DNA of 64,000 nucleotides, taken from NCBI RefSeq assembly GCF_033153115.1, contig NW_026889766.1, positions 5,518,001 through 5,582,000 on the forward strand, written 5' to 3'. A program made the position numbers and the translations under genes. Shown in pieces: positions 27,229 through 40,977 of this stretch (position 1 is the first letter of the stretch; every line of letters starts with the position of its first letter). The notes under the pieces were generated by a model. It did no database searches. It saw only the letters and a program-made list of their open reading frames with translations, and was not told the origin of the DNA. This DNA is from Saccostrea echinata. Taxonomy: Eukaryota.

Positions 27229-28097
27229 ACAAGATGTTCCCCAAACAGCTCCCCCACTCCCTTATGGTGCCACATTCCCAAACTTAATTAAAATTAGGCA
27301 ATACTTTTGTATTATAGATGCACACTTTATTTTCCAGACTATTTTAGCGGATAACTACTCCAATACAACCGCACAGGTATTAGCCAATCAAATTTCAGTG
27401 CATGTGCTTGCATATGTTTTCTAGATTTTTCCACATATATTTTCTTTAAGAATCTCACAATATTTACCTACTTTAAAATATCAAAGACTTTCATTAATAA
27501 TAAGCAAGATATAGGTATTAGCTAATCAGAATTCAGCACAGATTGCATGCATGTCTTTGCATTCAGATTTGACAATAGCATAATGTAAGGACACACTACA
27601 CTTAAAGATCTACATTCTAAATTTTGTCCTTTTTTCAAAACTAAGAAAGTTATAGCCACTTAAGTTTCAACCAATCAAATTGCACCACACGGACATGAGC
27701 ACATTTTCAAGAATTCTACATATTTTTTGTAGAACTTTATAATATATGCCCATACTTTAAATTCCGTTGTATTTCGTCAAAAAAGATTTTTTTCTCAGCC
27801 AATCAGAGTGAAGAGCACGTGCATAATCTACTATTTTTGCTAATTTCCTTACATCACCTCGATTACACCACTAATTGAAGTTAATATACTGATGTTCAAA
27901 GCATATCATAAAAAAAAGGAAAGTAAATGCTGTTTCAATTATACCAGTCATCACGTGCAAGCAAAATGACCTTTGTTCCGCATGCCTGTTAACCCTAAAA
28001 GGTTCCATGTCAAATGGATGACACTCGTGGACACAGAAGTTTTCAAAAAGAAAGTGAAAGCAATATATTCCATAACTTCGTTTTGGGAACATATTTG
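27229..28097 (+). mobile_element. HINE/Helentron-like element at the junction between Sin3 duplicate units
   Basis: Starts ACAAGATGTTCCCCAAAC and ends with a hairpin plus GTTT(T)GGGAACAT, an inverted match to the start. Homologues lie at 49455-50676 and, partially, ~9290-10040. Confidence 0.65.
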
Positions 28098-31000
28098 AAA
28101 TAACAGCTATTTTCAGAAGAATGGCTGAAAGTAAAAGTACAAAAGAAGACAACAATTTTGGACTTATTACTTTTAATACACTTTTTCTACACTAAACATA
28201 CACAAAGTGAAATTAGATGACAAACAAAGTGAAAGTAAATGACCACGTTAAGGTAGATGAGAAGGCAGCATCAGTTTGACCAAAAGAGAAATTCATGAAC
28301 AAAAGTGTTACAATGTAATTAATAATAATTGTAATATATAATAACATTACCTTTTACAATCTGTTTGCTCAGTATGGAAAATTCAATGACACACATATTA
28401 AATTGCAATATATAATAAAAATGTAATACTAGAATCTTAAAAGTTGCATTTCTTAAATTTACATTGCAATTCTGAGGTTGATGACTATTTACAAGCAATT
28501 ATTTTACAATAATAAGAGTTATATGTCATATTCCAGTCATATAATTACAGTCCCAGACATTACATGTAATAATGTAATTGTCATGCAGTCTCTATTCACA
28601 AATTGAAGATTTTACTTTACATAGACCATGTAAAAAATGATTAAAAATAATTAACAGTGAAAATAAAAATTTGTGGATCATATAACCACACCCATATGGA
28701 GACAAATTTCACCTGTTTTGAATTTTAAATGATGAGTTATACATTTTTTGCAATTGTCAATAGGGCTCTGATTTAATGCTTTTTACATACCTCGTAAATA
28801 TATGGACAGAAACAAAACTTCGATTTTGCGTGTAGCGAATCTTCTCAAAATATGATCACTCACGGATAACATGAATAAATATACAATGTTTCTACGCATT
28901 ATGCAAAGTCAGAGAAAATGCTGACTTCGAAATAAAGAATATTACACTGATATTAAATGTAATCGAATTTGTAACACAGTGTCACTTCAACAGTTGATGT
29001 TACAATATTTTATGAGATTAAGATATATTTTACTTCCCAGTGACGGAGTACATGATAGATGATGGTCTCAAAGATGTAACGTAATGAAAATATACAAACG
29101 TGAATTATAACTCAGTCCTTTTACAATAACAAACAAACTTTACTGGGGGATTAGGTATTTTTCTACATAATAAAATTTACCTTCCTGAATAAAAAAAAGT
29201 ATATATATCTACAGATTGTTCAACTTAACACAGAAGTATATACATTAAAAATCTTATCTACAACTTCATTTTTAAAATCATATATTAAATCTCTTGTTTC
29301 AGGTACATTAACGTATAATCAATCAGACTGCAATTTTTTTACCAAGGCAAATGCCTGCATGTTGACATGAAATATACAGGGTGGTGTAAATTAATTATAA
29401 AAATCCCCATGATCAAATGACATGCAACCTTTAAGAAATGAAATTCAGCATTGTTTGAAAGTGTCAACCTATATAAATAATGACAATTAGTTGAATGCAC
29501 TATCTCTTTAAATACATCATACAACGCCTATAAAAAGAGAGTTGTTTAAATGCATTCATTCTACCGTGTTTAAATGCATCAGTTTAGTTTCTTCCTATAG
29601 TTAACTTAAGATAATATTAAGCAAGTACTTGTTGAAACTTAGGTTATTATCTATAGATTCATTGGTAACCTCCTTAACTAGTGGCCTATTTCACTGGCTC
29701 AACTGGTTCCCTTGCCTCACTTTTGGTCTCGTATTCATATTCCACTTTGTATTTGTTAAAGATGAAGTAGCGCGTGGCATCCTCGGCATCGCAAGATTCC
29801 TTGGTGGTGGTACACGCTACCAGATCCTCGGTGCGTCCCATCAACCAATCCTCACTGGCCGACTTTTGATTCTCCGTTAGATTTTCCTCCCGCCAGCGAT
29901 TTATCCAAGTGGAGAATTTGTCATGCAGCTTCAGGGACACTATCTTGTGCGACTGTAGTGACAAATACAAAAACTTTGAAAATCATAAAGTAATTGAAAA
30001 TGTCTGAAATAAAGTTGCCAAAATATCTTGCATATCATGGCTATTACAAAATGATGTCAACTATCCTAAAAGAACAACTTAATTTTTAGGGGAAAAAGAT
30101 TACACACAGACAGAATGATGCTTGAGAAACTTCTATCAGAATAGTTCACATAAACTTAAGGGCTCATAAATGTCACAGGTGGTAAAAAGTCAAGTCTCAA
30201 CCTGGAATGGAACCCAGGGCCTCTGGCTTACGTGCCCGAGCTCTAACCACTGATCTAACGAAACCTGGTTTCAGGGGCATAAAACTTGAACCAGCTAACC
30301 TTCGATCTCTGTCTCACTTTTACAAAAGGAATACATACTGAAAAAGTCAGACTGAGATCAAAAGTGATCTCATCTAAGTTTTATGACTTGGAGCTTGACA
30401 TATTGACAGACTCTCACTCACCTGTGAACCCTTTGACATAAACAATACAGAATTTTAAACCGTTCGTGACTTTTGTGCACTTACCCCCCTGCCTTGGTGA
30501 GTGCTGAACGTTTGTATAAGTAATACTCGCTATACACGATTTTGAATGAGTTGACATTAAATTTACACTCAGTGTTGTCCACATCCTCCGTGGATTGCTT
30601 AGGGACCCGGGGATTTCCTCCGTCTCAGTGTCAGACCGAGATTTCTGATTCTTCTAGTGAAGTCACCATTGTCTCACATTTCTATAGCAGATTTAACTTT
30701 AACACCTTCACCCATCTCTTAATTTAATGAAAATCATGCACATGTGCATGTATTAACAGGGTAGTAAAACAATATCTAGATAAGATAAAATAGACTTTAA
30801 AGAGAAACTAGCCCGTTCTTCCAAGGCCTGGCTACATCACCTTAACCTCTGACCTTGAGTCAAGGTCATGACACACTTTTAATTCATTAACAACAACGCA
30901 GATGAATACAAATTTAAGTCCTCATAAACACATGCTCAAGTCTGAGTTCATTCTAATCCAGGGTTCAAAAGTAACACCGTGTATTTTGCAGTTACTATTT

Positions 31001-31802
31001 CAAAATCTCATTGATCAGTGACCTTTAAAATATGACTTTGAGTTAGGAAGAAAGATTACCTGAGTAAAAAGAACTACCTGGTTGTGAAAAAATTACCAGG
31101 GTAAGAATATGGGTTTGTGGTTAAGGTGTTCCATCAGGTCTTCTGACACTGTGTCATTCATGGAGACGTACTTCTCCACATATTCAGATCAACGCTCCAC
31201 TTCTATTGGATCATCAGACTGCTTGTGGTCAGTGTGTAGGAGTTCATAGGTCAACTTACACTCTTTCTTGAACTGTTGAAGAACAATTAAGACCTCTTTC
31301 TTTTTACATTTCTTGAATTACTTATGGTTACAAAGTAGCAGATAGGAAACTTACAAATCCAATAGCTTTAAAATATTCTTATTCTTCAAAATCTTTATGT
31401 ACATCGTAGATGAAACTGAACATTTTAGTTTCGTGAGGAATTTATTATTTTACTTCAAATAATGAAAAATGAGCTAAATTCTTTCTTATTTTACAGGCAA
31501 ATTCATCCAAATTTTAGGAATAGCTTCTTTAAAGATACCTGCAAATAACTGTATTTTGAAATACTTCTCACCCTTCTTTTTCTCCCCCGCCCCCTTTTGC
31601 TCTTTCTTCTATTACAGGTACTTACAATGACCACTTTGAAACAGTTTTCCTCACTGAGACACTGTTCGGCCTTTATCTGGTAGGCGCCATCCTTTGTCTG
31701 ACCGCTGATGGACACTGGCCACCCGTCCCCCTGTAGCATTGTTCTTGTGTTCCTCCTAATACAGCTCAATGATCTTTACGCAAACCTCATCCTGAATAAT
31801 GT

Positions 31803-32045
31803 GCTGCATCTACAAATACAGACAGTGATAATCTTATTGTGCTGCATCTACAAATACACACAGTGATAGTCGTATTGTTCTGCATCTACAAACTCAGATA
31901 GTGATAATCTTACTGTGCTGCATCTACAAACACAGACAGAGATACATTTTTGTGCTGCATCTACAAATATAGACAGTGATACTTTTTTTGAGCTGCATCT
32001 ACAAATATAGACAGTGATATTCTTATTTTACTGCATCTACAAATT
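31803..32045. repeat. 7 x 37-38 bp minisatellite spanning a Sin3 pseudo-exon splice acceptor
   Basis: (G/T/A)CTGCATCTACAAA at 31803, 31841, 31879, 31917, 31954, 31992 and 32030. Confidence 0.92.
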
Positions 32046-35000
32046 TTAATACAGACATGATACTCTTATTTAACAATCATATGTCAGTTAAGCATGGACA
32101 TTCTATTCACATTTTATTTTTTTAAACTAGCAGTTTTTTTTTATTCACATTTATTCAGGAAAATGATTCAAAAAATGAGCCAGTAGTCTCTGAGGAGACT
32201 GACGGTCAACAGGTGCGTACTTATAATGTAAAATCACATACTTTTGGGGGTTCAAATTTTCGTGGTTTTAGGAAAAATGCTTCGTTCAAGAGGATTTGAA
32301 TTCATGGTCGAAGAAGTGTTCTGTAAATTGTGATATATATTAATTTTTTATTTTCTTGAGGATATGAAAATGGGTCACTTCATACCACGAAAACAAAGAA
32401 AAATAAAACCCATGAAGATTAGTGATTTCAAGTAATAATTTAAAAGAAAGATGTACCTTAGTATAGTCTACTTGTGTACCAAGTCTATTCAGACTAAAAA
32501 CGTAGGAATAGTATTTTGAAAGAATTTCACAGAAATTTCTATTTTTGTAACCATGGCAACACCATTTGTCGTAAACAAAAACTAAAATAAGGAATTATGT
32601 TTCTTGGTATAGTCTACTTGATTTCCAAGACTTACTGAAATTGGACCAAAACTGTAGGAGGATTAGCGTTTAAAAGAATTATGTATCTTAATATATATAT
32701 TTTGCTTGTGTACCAAGTCCTACAGAAATTGGACCAAAACTTGAAAAAACGTGTTATGTGGAATCATCAAAATTACATGTAGTGGGGCAAATTTTCGTGG
32801 ATTGCTTAGATTTTACTGGATCGTGGAGATGTAATTTCGTGTTTTGACTTTTATCTACAAAAAGAAACATAGATTTAAAACCAAGGATGAAGGGTACCCA
32901 CGAATTTCACTAATATTGAGCCACCAGGAAATCTAATGATTCCAAAGTATAGACGGACAGACAGACAGGCAGACAGGTGGACGTACAGGGAACTCCTAAC
33001 TAATGCATAAGCTCTTCTAGTCTCTGACAATTAGAATCTTTACCTAAATTTGAAATTTTTAATCAGATTTCTGAATATGATAAAATTCAAGATAAAAAGA
33101 TATAAACTTATATGCCATTTGTTTACCAGATAACTTATAAATCACTACATGTAATCGGTTGATTTTTTTTTTTTTTTTTTTACACTTCATTTACCTTTCT
33201 TTAAAACACATGTCAAAGATCAATAAATGATTTTCTTTTACAATGATTTGATCAATATATCTAAAATATCCTCTATTTTGAGAACTTCATGAACATATAA
33301 ATCTATGTCATTTTTTTTAAAACCAAAGGTGCAAACTGAAAAAAATATTTAAAAGGTCTATAAAATGACAAGTGTTTAAATCCAGTGACCTAACAACATG
33401 TTATCATCGGGAACTAGATTGTCAGACGGTATTTAGGAAGCCGTATCGATTTTACAGGTAAGACATTATTTTAATTTTAATATCACACTTTTTGTACAAC
33501 TTACCTCCTATCTAAGTTAAGAAAAACAACTTTTGTTAAAAGTGGAAATCCTTCAAAACAAACAGGAGCAAAATAATTATACATAATTATACTGTACATG
33601 TGCATAACAGACAGTGTTGGTCTCAGCATGGGGTTTTGAGATCACATTTGTATCTATTACCACTGATGATTTTTTTAAATGAAATTCTGGGTTAAGATTG
33701 GTAGAAGTCTGTCACGTGAAGGAAGTGTAATATTTACATCATGTATATATGGTCACTTGAAAATCAATATATGCTCACTGTCAATTCATAATTGTCTAAT
33801 CTTTTGTAAGACTTAAAACAACTCAAGTTCCTTAGTTTTTTTCACTTGTTATTAGACAAGAGACTTGCGGAGTTTCTGTTGACAAATACAAATTTAACCA
33901 AGATCATAATGAGCACAAATTTGACCTTTTTCTCCCCATACGATTTTTTTAAAATGTCTGTAAGTTATTACTGCACGAAACACACACAAAACAATATAAA
34001 GTAGAGCACAATATGACGTCACAATAGGCACCGTATAGGAGAAATAAAGCATATAACGGGAAGAAACACTTTTACAAGCCTGAATAGAATTATGTCATTG
34101 GTGGGGTATATTCGTCACAGTTTTGTAGTGACCAAGTACGGGATGATATCTGGTTAGGAAGTAAGTTTCCTACCTGGCCAGGCAAGTAACTCAGCTATGT
34201 TAAGGACGGTAATGGGAAATGTGACCATAATACCTTTTCAATATGTATTGCATTTCATATTCACTATAAAAATAGTAACTATAAAGAACAAGGTACGGTT
34301 TCAATACAAATCTTGCCCTGTGTTTTTCTTAAAAATAAAAGTGATGTAAAAAATTAAAACTCATGCTTTTTGAATTATTGAAATTCCATGCAGAAAGATC
34401 ATACAAATCTTTTTTCTCACATGACCTTCCAAATGCTAATTGTGACGTCATAAACTTGCGCATTTTCCCGTATTTTCTTAAAAAGTTGCAGAAGACATCA
34501 ATTTTCAATGGAATTTTCTTTCAGATAATATTGTCCACAGGCATCGCCCACAAAGATTTTGAGATATGTGATTTTTCAAAGAATTTTACACAACATATCT
34601 AAAAATTAACGTGGGCGACGGCTGTGGACACTATTTTCTTAAGGAAAATAACCCTTGAAATGGGTCATTTTGAGGCTTTTTCTGTTTAAAATAGAGAAAT
34701 GCATCAAATTAATGATGTCATATATCAAGAATGGTACTCCATCATGCTATATTCTTTCCTGACTTATTACAGTCATATACTCAACTAATATTTAAGTCAG
34801 TTTCAAAACTTTTTGAAAACATTAAATTTTCAGGGCACAATAAAGCTAAAACCATACCTTCTTCTTTGTAGAAAATGTAACATAGTTACCTGTAATGAAT
34901 ATGTTTACGTCGTACTTAGTATCAGTTACATGACATGTATCAGCTGTGTGTCACGTGACTGGTATAAAAATAGAATTGTTAGGCTGAATGTAGAAAATCG

Positions 35001-36271
35001 CGCTAGTGCAAGGGCATCCACTTGTCTTTGGCCATAAAAATTGATACACATTAAAAGAGGTTTAGATCATTTACCTGAAAAGTGCTGGGAGCTAGTTTGT
35101 GTTGGTTAGGAAGTACTCGTAATTTTGCCGATAATGCGTGTAATAGCAAAAATATTTCCACTTCGCCTCTACATTGTAATGAAAAAAAAATCTTCAGATC
35201 AGAATCAACTCCCAGCACTTTTTAGAATATAGATGATATAAGCAATATATTTTCGTATATCAGCATAAACAGTCTAGTGTATGCCCTTGCACTTTTGAGG
35301 TTAATCGGGCATGTGATTATCGTATTAGCGATATTCTTTGCATTCTCCGACGCTGTGCAGCTTTATAAGATCTTGATAAAGTAATTATATGAACAATTAT
35401 GTTTAAGAAATGTTTTGTTTTCATTTTTTTATTATTAGATCTAAATATTGACGGTAATTTTGTATTTAATTAAGCATGTTTGTAATTATATAACAAATGG
35501 ATCCACTCCTCTGGATCACTTGTACTGCGTCAAGTCAAGACAAATGAGGTCATATATGACATAAGATTTGTTTCTAAATACTCGGCAGTATTGTTATTAT
35601 GTGGTGAGATTTTGCATTTCCTAATAAATAATAGATAAACAAATGCAGGCTACCTTTTATTTACGTATCATAATGCGGTATAATTTATTTTTGTAACTTG
35701 TTAAAATTTTAATGACGTCACAATGATACTTGCTACACGATGCCTAACAAATGTGAACTCAGACATTCCTAAACGTAGCTGAGAAAACTTCAACCTGACC
35801 ATAGTAAAATTCAGCTGAATCATGGATTAACCATCTTGTAAATTTACAAATTTTAAACACTGATCTTACAAAAAAATATTCTTTGAAACATTTATAATTT
35901 CCATGACAAAAACAACGTTTTGATCTGTAAACACAAACCCGAGATAGAATTAATCTTTATTAAAAACAGGCCAGCTCTCTCAAAAGTATAAACGGATCCC
36001 TTGTTTAATTTTCTTCACATCTCAAGGACTTTCTTTCAATGAATTACATCCTTGGGAAATAGTTCTATGTCAATCACTAATTATCATGATAACTTCATAT
36101 GTTTTTTTTTTTTTTTACTATAAAATATTTCAATTGTACCTGTTTATTGATATTATCATTTTAGCTTGCACAAGGGAAAAAAAAAATAAAATCCTCAAAA
36201 AAAAAATTAAACTTTACAATTTTTAATTTTTGTAGAGTTTCATCTAAACTTGGGCATGTGAGGAGATTACT

Positions 36272-37930
36272 ATGGACCCCCTGGACAGAGCTCAAGTACT
36301 CCTCCTCTGTGACATGTGTCAAAGAGAGGCAGTACAGAGTCATTGTGAACTTTGTCACATTAATCTGTGTAAGGTCTGTGTTGGGGAGCATCTCTCCGAT
36401 TCATCCCAAAGACACAAGGTTGTACACTACAAGCAAAGAAAATCTGCTTCAAACTACCCAGAATGTCCAAACCACACCCAGAACCACTGCGAACATTACT
36501 GTGAGAAATGTGACATTCCTGTTTGTTCTACGTGCATCTCCTCTGATAAACATCAATGGCATACATTTACAGATATTCTGAAAAAACTAACTTCTAAGAA
36601 AAGAGATTTAAAAGAAGACTTGAAAGAACTAAAGAAACAAATCTATCCTGCATATGAAAAAATTACATCGGATTTAAACTCTAAAAAATTAAACGTCGAA
36701 AAACATTATAAGAAACTGACTACAGCTGTCACCAAACATGGAGAAGACTGGCACAGAGAAATTAACATCATTGTCAACAAACAGAAATCTGAAATTGATA
36801 AGATGAAAACTAAACACCTGGCTATTCTAAATAAACAGGAATAGGAAATTAAAAAGATTACGTCTGAAGTAAAACGGAGTATTCTTGATCTGAACAAAAT
36901 ACTACACTCAAATGATGTCTTCCTAACCTCTGCATACATATCCAGGAATGCTGAATTCAAAAGATTACCTCCTAAAGTCAATGATTCATTACTACGTTTT
37001 TTCCCCTATCAGATCAACACATATCAACTACATCAAATGTTTGGTTCTTTGTCAGCATTATCCATAACAACAGAAGAACATGGCTACACGATGGAGACAC
37101 CAGAAGCTGTATCCTGTCCTCCAGTCAAACCACTCATTGATTTACCAGAGCTCATCAGCACCATAAAAACGGGATATAATGTATATAGTGTTACCTGTCT
37201 CAATGATGAAGAAATATGGACATGTGGACATGACAAAATCATGAAACTCTACAGAAAGGGAAAAATACTGATGTCAATCCAAACCAAGTCAGGGAACAAT
37301 CCATATGACATAGCAGTGTCAAGTAGTGGAGATCTAGTTTATACTGATCCTGGTACAAGAACTGTAAACATAGTGAAGAATAAAAAGATACAGGAAGTGT
37401 TCAGACTACAGGGGTGGAAACCTTACAATGTCTGTAGTACCTCCTCTGGTGACCTCTTGGTTACCATGGACAGTGATGATAAACACTCAAAGGTTGTCCG
37501 ATACTCTGGCTCCATAGAGAAACAAACCATTCAGTTTGATAGTGAAGGTAAACCTCTCTATTCATCTGGTTATTATAAATACATCAGTGAGAACAGGAAC
37601 CTGGATATATGTGTGGCTGACAATGAAGGCAAAGCAGTAGTGGTGGTAAATCAGACAGGTAATTTCCGATTTAGATACACTGATCATCCCTCTACTACCA
37701 AGGGCTCATTTGATCCAATCGGCATCACAACAGACAGCCAGAGCCAGATCCTGACAGCAGAGCGTTACAAAACCCGTATCCACATCCTAGATCAGGACGG
37801 ACAGTTCCTCCATTACGTTGATAACAATTATGATCTACAGTTTCCATACGGTTTATGTATAGACACAAGAGATAACCTCTTTGTGGCTGAGTGGAGCAGT
37901 GGTAAAGTGAAGAAACTCAAATATATGTAA
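36272..37930 (+). CDS. TRIM-like copy 4: full-length frame interrupted by a single TAG (36842-36844); B-box/CC ORF 36272-36844 and NHL ORF 37037-37930
   Basis: Both ORFs are in the same frame and the 64 codons between them contain no other stop. Total span is 1659 nt, the same as copy 3. May be a young pseudogene or a split gene. Confidence 0.75.
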
Positions 37931-39371
37931 ATTCCCCAATGTTATGGAAAGTTTCTGTGACTGAAACACAAGGAAAAAAAGCACTATTACATTGATTATG
38001 TAAACATGTAAAAATTTATGCTAACAAAAGTGTATGAACAGTGCTTACAATGTAAATACATTTTAAGACCTAATGTTATCCTGTTTTTATTATTTAAAAA
38101 AGTACTCTATTTACTTGATAATTACTAATTCCTGAATAAACATGATTATGTAGTGAATGCAAAACATCTTACTGAATCACATAAAATATATATATCGGCC
38201 TAAATACAAAACAAAGATTGCTTTGAACAAGGGTAGTTTATGATGAGAAAGTATGCCATGGACCTAAACAATGGGAAATAGAACTATATAAATTCTGTTA
38301 CAGTCAATATTTCAAACCTTTGTTGATAGTGGTGTTCCAATCAATAATAATAATTCATCAGAATTCTCTGACGAGACTGAAGCTCTACCGGTAAGTACTT
38401 ATAATAAAGTAAGATGTATTTAAGTAGTCTACTTGTTTAAAAAAAAAACAGATCAGGTCTAAACATTAGGAGGAGTAGTATTTACAAAAGAATTTTTATA
38501 AAATATATCTTTTAGTAACCATGGCAACGCCTTATACTTCATTATCAAGAAAAAAACAAACAAAACTTAGAATTATATATCTTAGTGCAGTACCAAGTAT
38601 TATTTAAACTTAACAAAAACTGTATGAGCATTAACGTTTTGAAAGAATTTCAAAATTTCCATTTTTAGTATCCAGAAAACACCGTGTGCTGAAATCAAAA
38701 TTAATTTCTATAATTATGTTTCTTTATGAAGTCTTTTTTTTAATAACCTTTCAATACCCTTTGTCAAAATCAAAAACTGATGGAATAATGTATCTTAATG
38801 TAGTCTATGTAGATAATTTTTGTAAAAAGTCTTATTAAAATTGGAATCAAACTGTAGGAGGAGTAGCATTTTGAAAATCAAAATTTCAAACTGCAATTCT
38901 TTTAGAAGAAAAAAAAATTGTCGGGATTGGCTATTCATTGTAATGAAAAAGTAAATAAATTATATATGTTAACTGACTCAGGTTTGTAAGTTAAAACCAT
39001 CATTTCCTTACCTGTCTGACAAGATTCTGTACCAGTGTCTCCATAGTGAAGGCCATATAGGCATGGATACCATACATCTCTCTTAGCTGGTCCTCATACA
39101 GTGTGGATTCCAGGTTCCCCTCGGCATATTCTACTGTAATTACTGGTAAGAGTTAAAGTAAAACTTGTTTAATCCGGATAATGTTTTCCAAAAAATTTAT
39201 TTATTACAATATAAATTTTAGATCCCTTTTTTGTTAGGTCATTGATGAAAGTATTGTCGAATCCGGAATATTGTCTAATGCAGCCAATTTTTGTGGAATC
39301 AGGGGTGTCTAGATTAGACAAGTTTCACTGTATGTCTGGAACACTGAGATATCCATGCAAAGTGAATCCTG

Positions 39372-40406
39372 TACGCAGCACAGTTAAGGTGCCAAATGGA
39401 AATATAGACGAATTTTTTAGATAGAAAATACATTCTTTACAAGGATGGGCATTTCTTTTTAGGACTTTACTATTATCGGACAAATGTAATGTGGTTGAAA
39501 ACTGAATGTTGAGGACGATTAGATTTCTTATTAAGACTTGTCACGTGATGTGGCAGTCACGTGATTTTAGCAAATATACTTGAAAAATTGAGGTCATCTA
39601 CAAATTCTAATATTGCAAGGGCATAACCAAGTTAAAAATCTAAGTTTAACATATAATTATTTTTAACACTCTCTGTAGTTTTTGAAAATTGCTGCGAACC
39701 TATATAGATTCTACTATCTAATTGCTAGAATTACATTTGTTAGACCGTATGTTGAATATTTTGCTGGTCAAGTACATTAAATATAGATATAATTAATTCA
39801 TTTGCAAGATTTCAGCAGGTTCGCAGCACTTTTCAAATATCTTCACACTTCTTGAGTTTATGTGTAAAAGCTTGTCATAATTCATTGAGGGTATGCCCTT
39901 GCAATATATCGATTTATTACGACCCTTCTATTACCCTTCAATGAATCTGCATACAAATATACGACAGTATCGCTTGTCTAGGGAATGTACGGGAAGTATA
40001 TGAATAAAATCATAAAACAGACATCGCATCCAAGTTAATGGCCTCTTATATATCTACAATTTATATTTTATTTAATTACAAAATACATTTTTCATTGCAT
40101 AAATATAACTTGATCCGCCTCTCACTGCATACAAACTGCGTCAAATTTTCCGATATGACGTCACATTGACAAGTGCATTGCGATCAGTGAATTGTTTATA
40201 TATTGCTGTGTGGGATTTAACCAACGACAATAATGCATGCGCTAGTTAGTATTGATGTAGTTTAAAGGTATTCATAAGTTTAAAATAGCAAATCATTTCA
40301 TTTTGTGGTAATTTGAAGAACTTATATTTTTGTGTGATGTCATAGTAAGCATTTCCCGGATAAATTAGGCCCCGCCTCCTTACTGCAGCCTTAACTTTGC
40401 TGCGTA
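39372..40406. mobile_element. ~1 kb TIR element
   Basis: TACGCAGCACAGTTAAGG at the left end versus the reverse complement of CCTTAACTTTGCTGCGTA at the right. Absent from the paralogous site at ~26565. Confidence 0.75.
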
Positions 40407-40602
40407 ACCATATACTAAATTTCAATATTTTGAATCTGAAAAACTTCCCGTTCTTAAGATTTGATTGAAGTATATTATACTAATGTCCTCAAAGTTACCT
40501 ACTTACTTGGAGCTTTGAGTCTGAGGGCCAATGCAGTGGATTCCATTTGGTCTTTTCTACACTGTGCCTCCTCTGCCGCGATTTTAACAGAATATGTGTA
40601 TA

Positions 40603-40777
40603 CAGTTGAATTTCGGTATTTCGAACACGGATATCTCGAATACCATGGATATGTCGAAGTGATTTGGAAGTCCTAACCACGGATTTCCTAAGTATTTTAT
40701 CCTTAATATCTCGTACCCTTGGATATCTCGAAGTTTTTTCTCGATACTATGGAGTTCGATATAACGAGGTTTCACTG
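40603..40777. mobile_element. Tc1/mariner-pogo-type MITE inserted in a Sin3 pseudo-exon
   Basis: Imperfect TIRs CAGTTGAATTTCGGTATTTCGAAC...GTTCGATATAACGAGGTTTCACTG with a TA duplication. The intact exon at ~55895 reads TGTGTATATCTTG with no insert. Confidence 0.88.
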
Positions 40778-40977
40778 TATCTTTATAAAGTCGTTCACAC
40801 AGAATTTGATAAAAACATGTACAAGTTATTGTTGACAAAGAACGGGGATTAAACATATTTTCATACTACAAAATATTTCTACTTTACCTACTTATTAATA
40901 TTGTTATTTTAGTTTCCGCAAAGCATAAAAAATAAAATCCTTAACATTGGACTTCAATTTTTGTTTATTTTTTACAG

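Noticed and set aside
29686-29970. Intact 94-aa ORF as an independent gene
   Set aside because: It is the terminal exon of a Sin3 duplicate whose upstream exons carry stops and a frameshift.
31803-32045. CRISPR-like spacing of 37-38 bp units
   Set aside because: The whole unit is repeated with no unique spacers, the context is eukaryotic with no cas genes, and it derives from a Sin3 splice junction.
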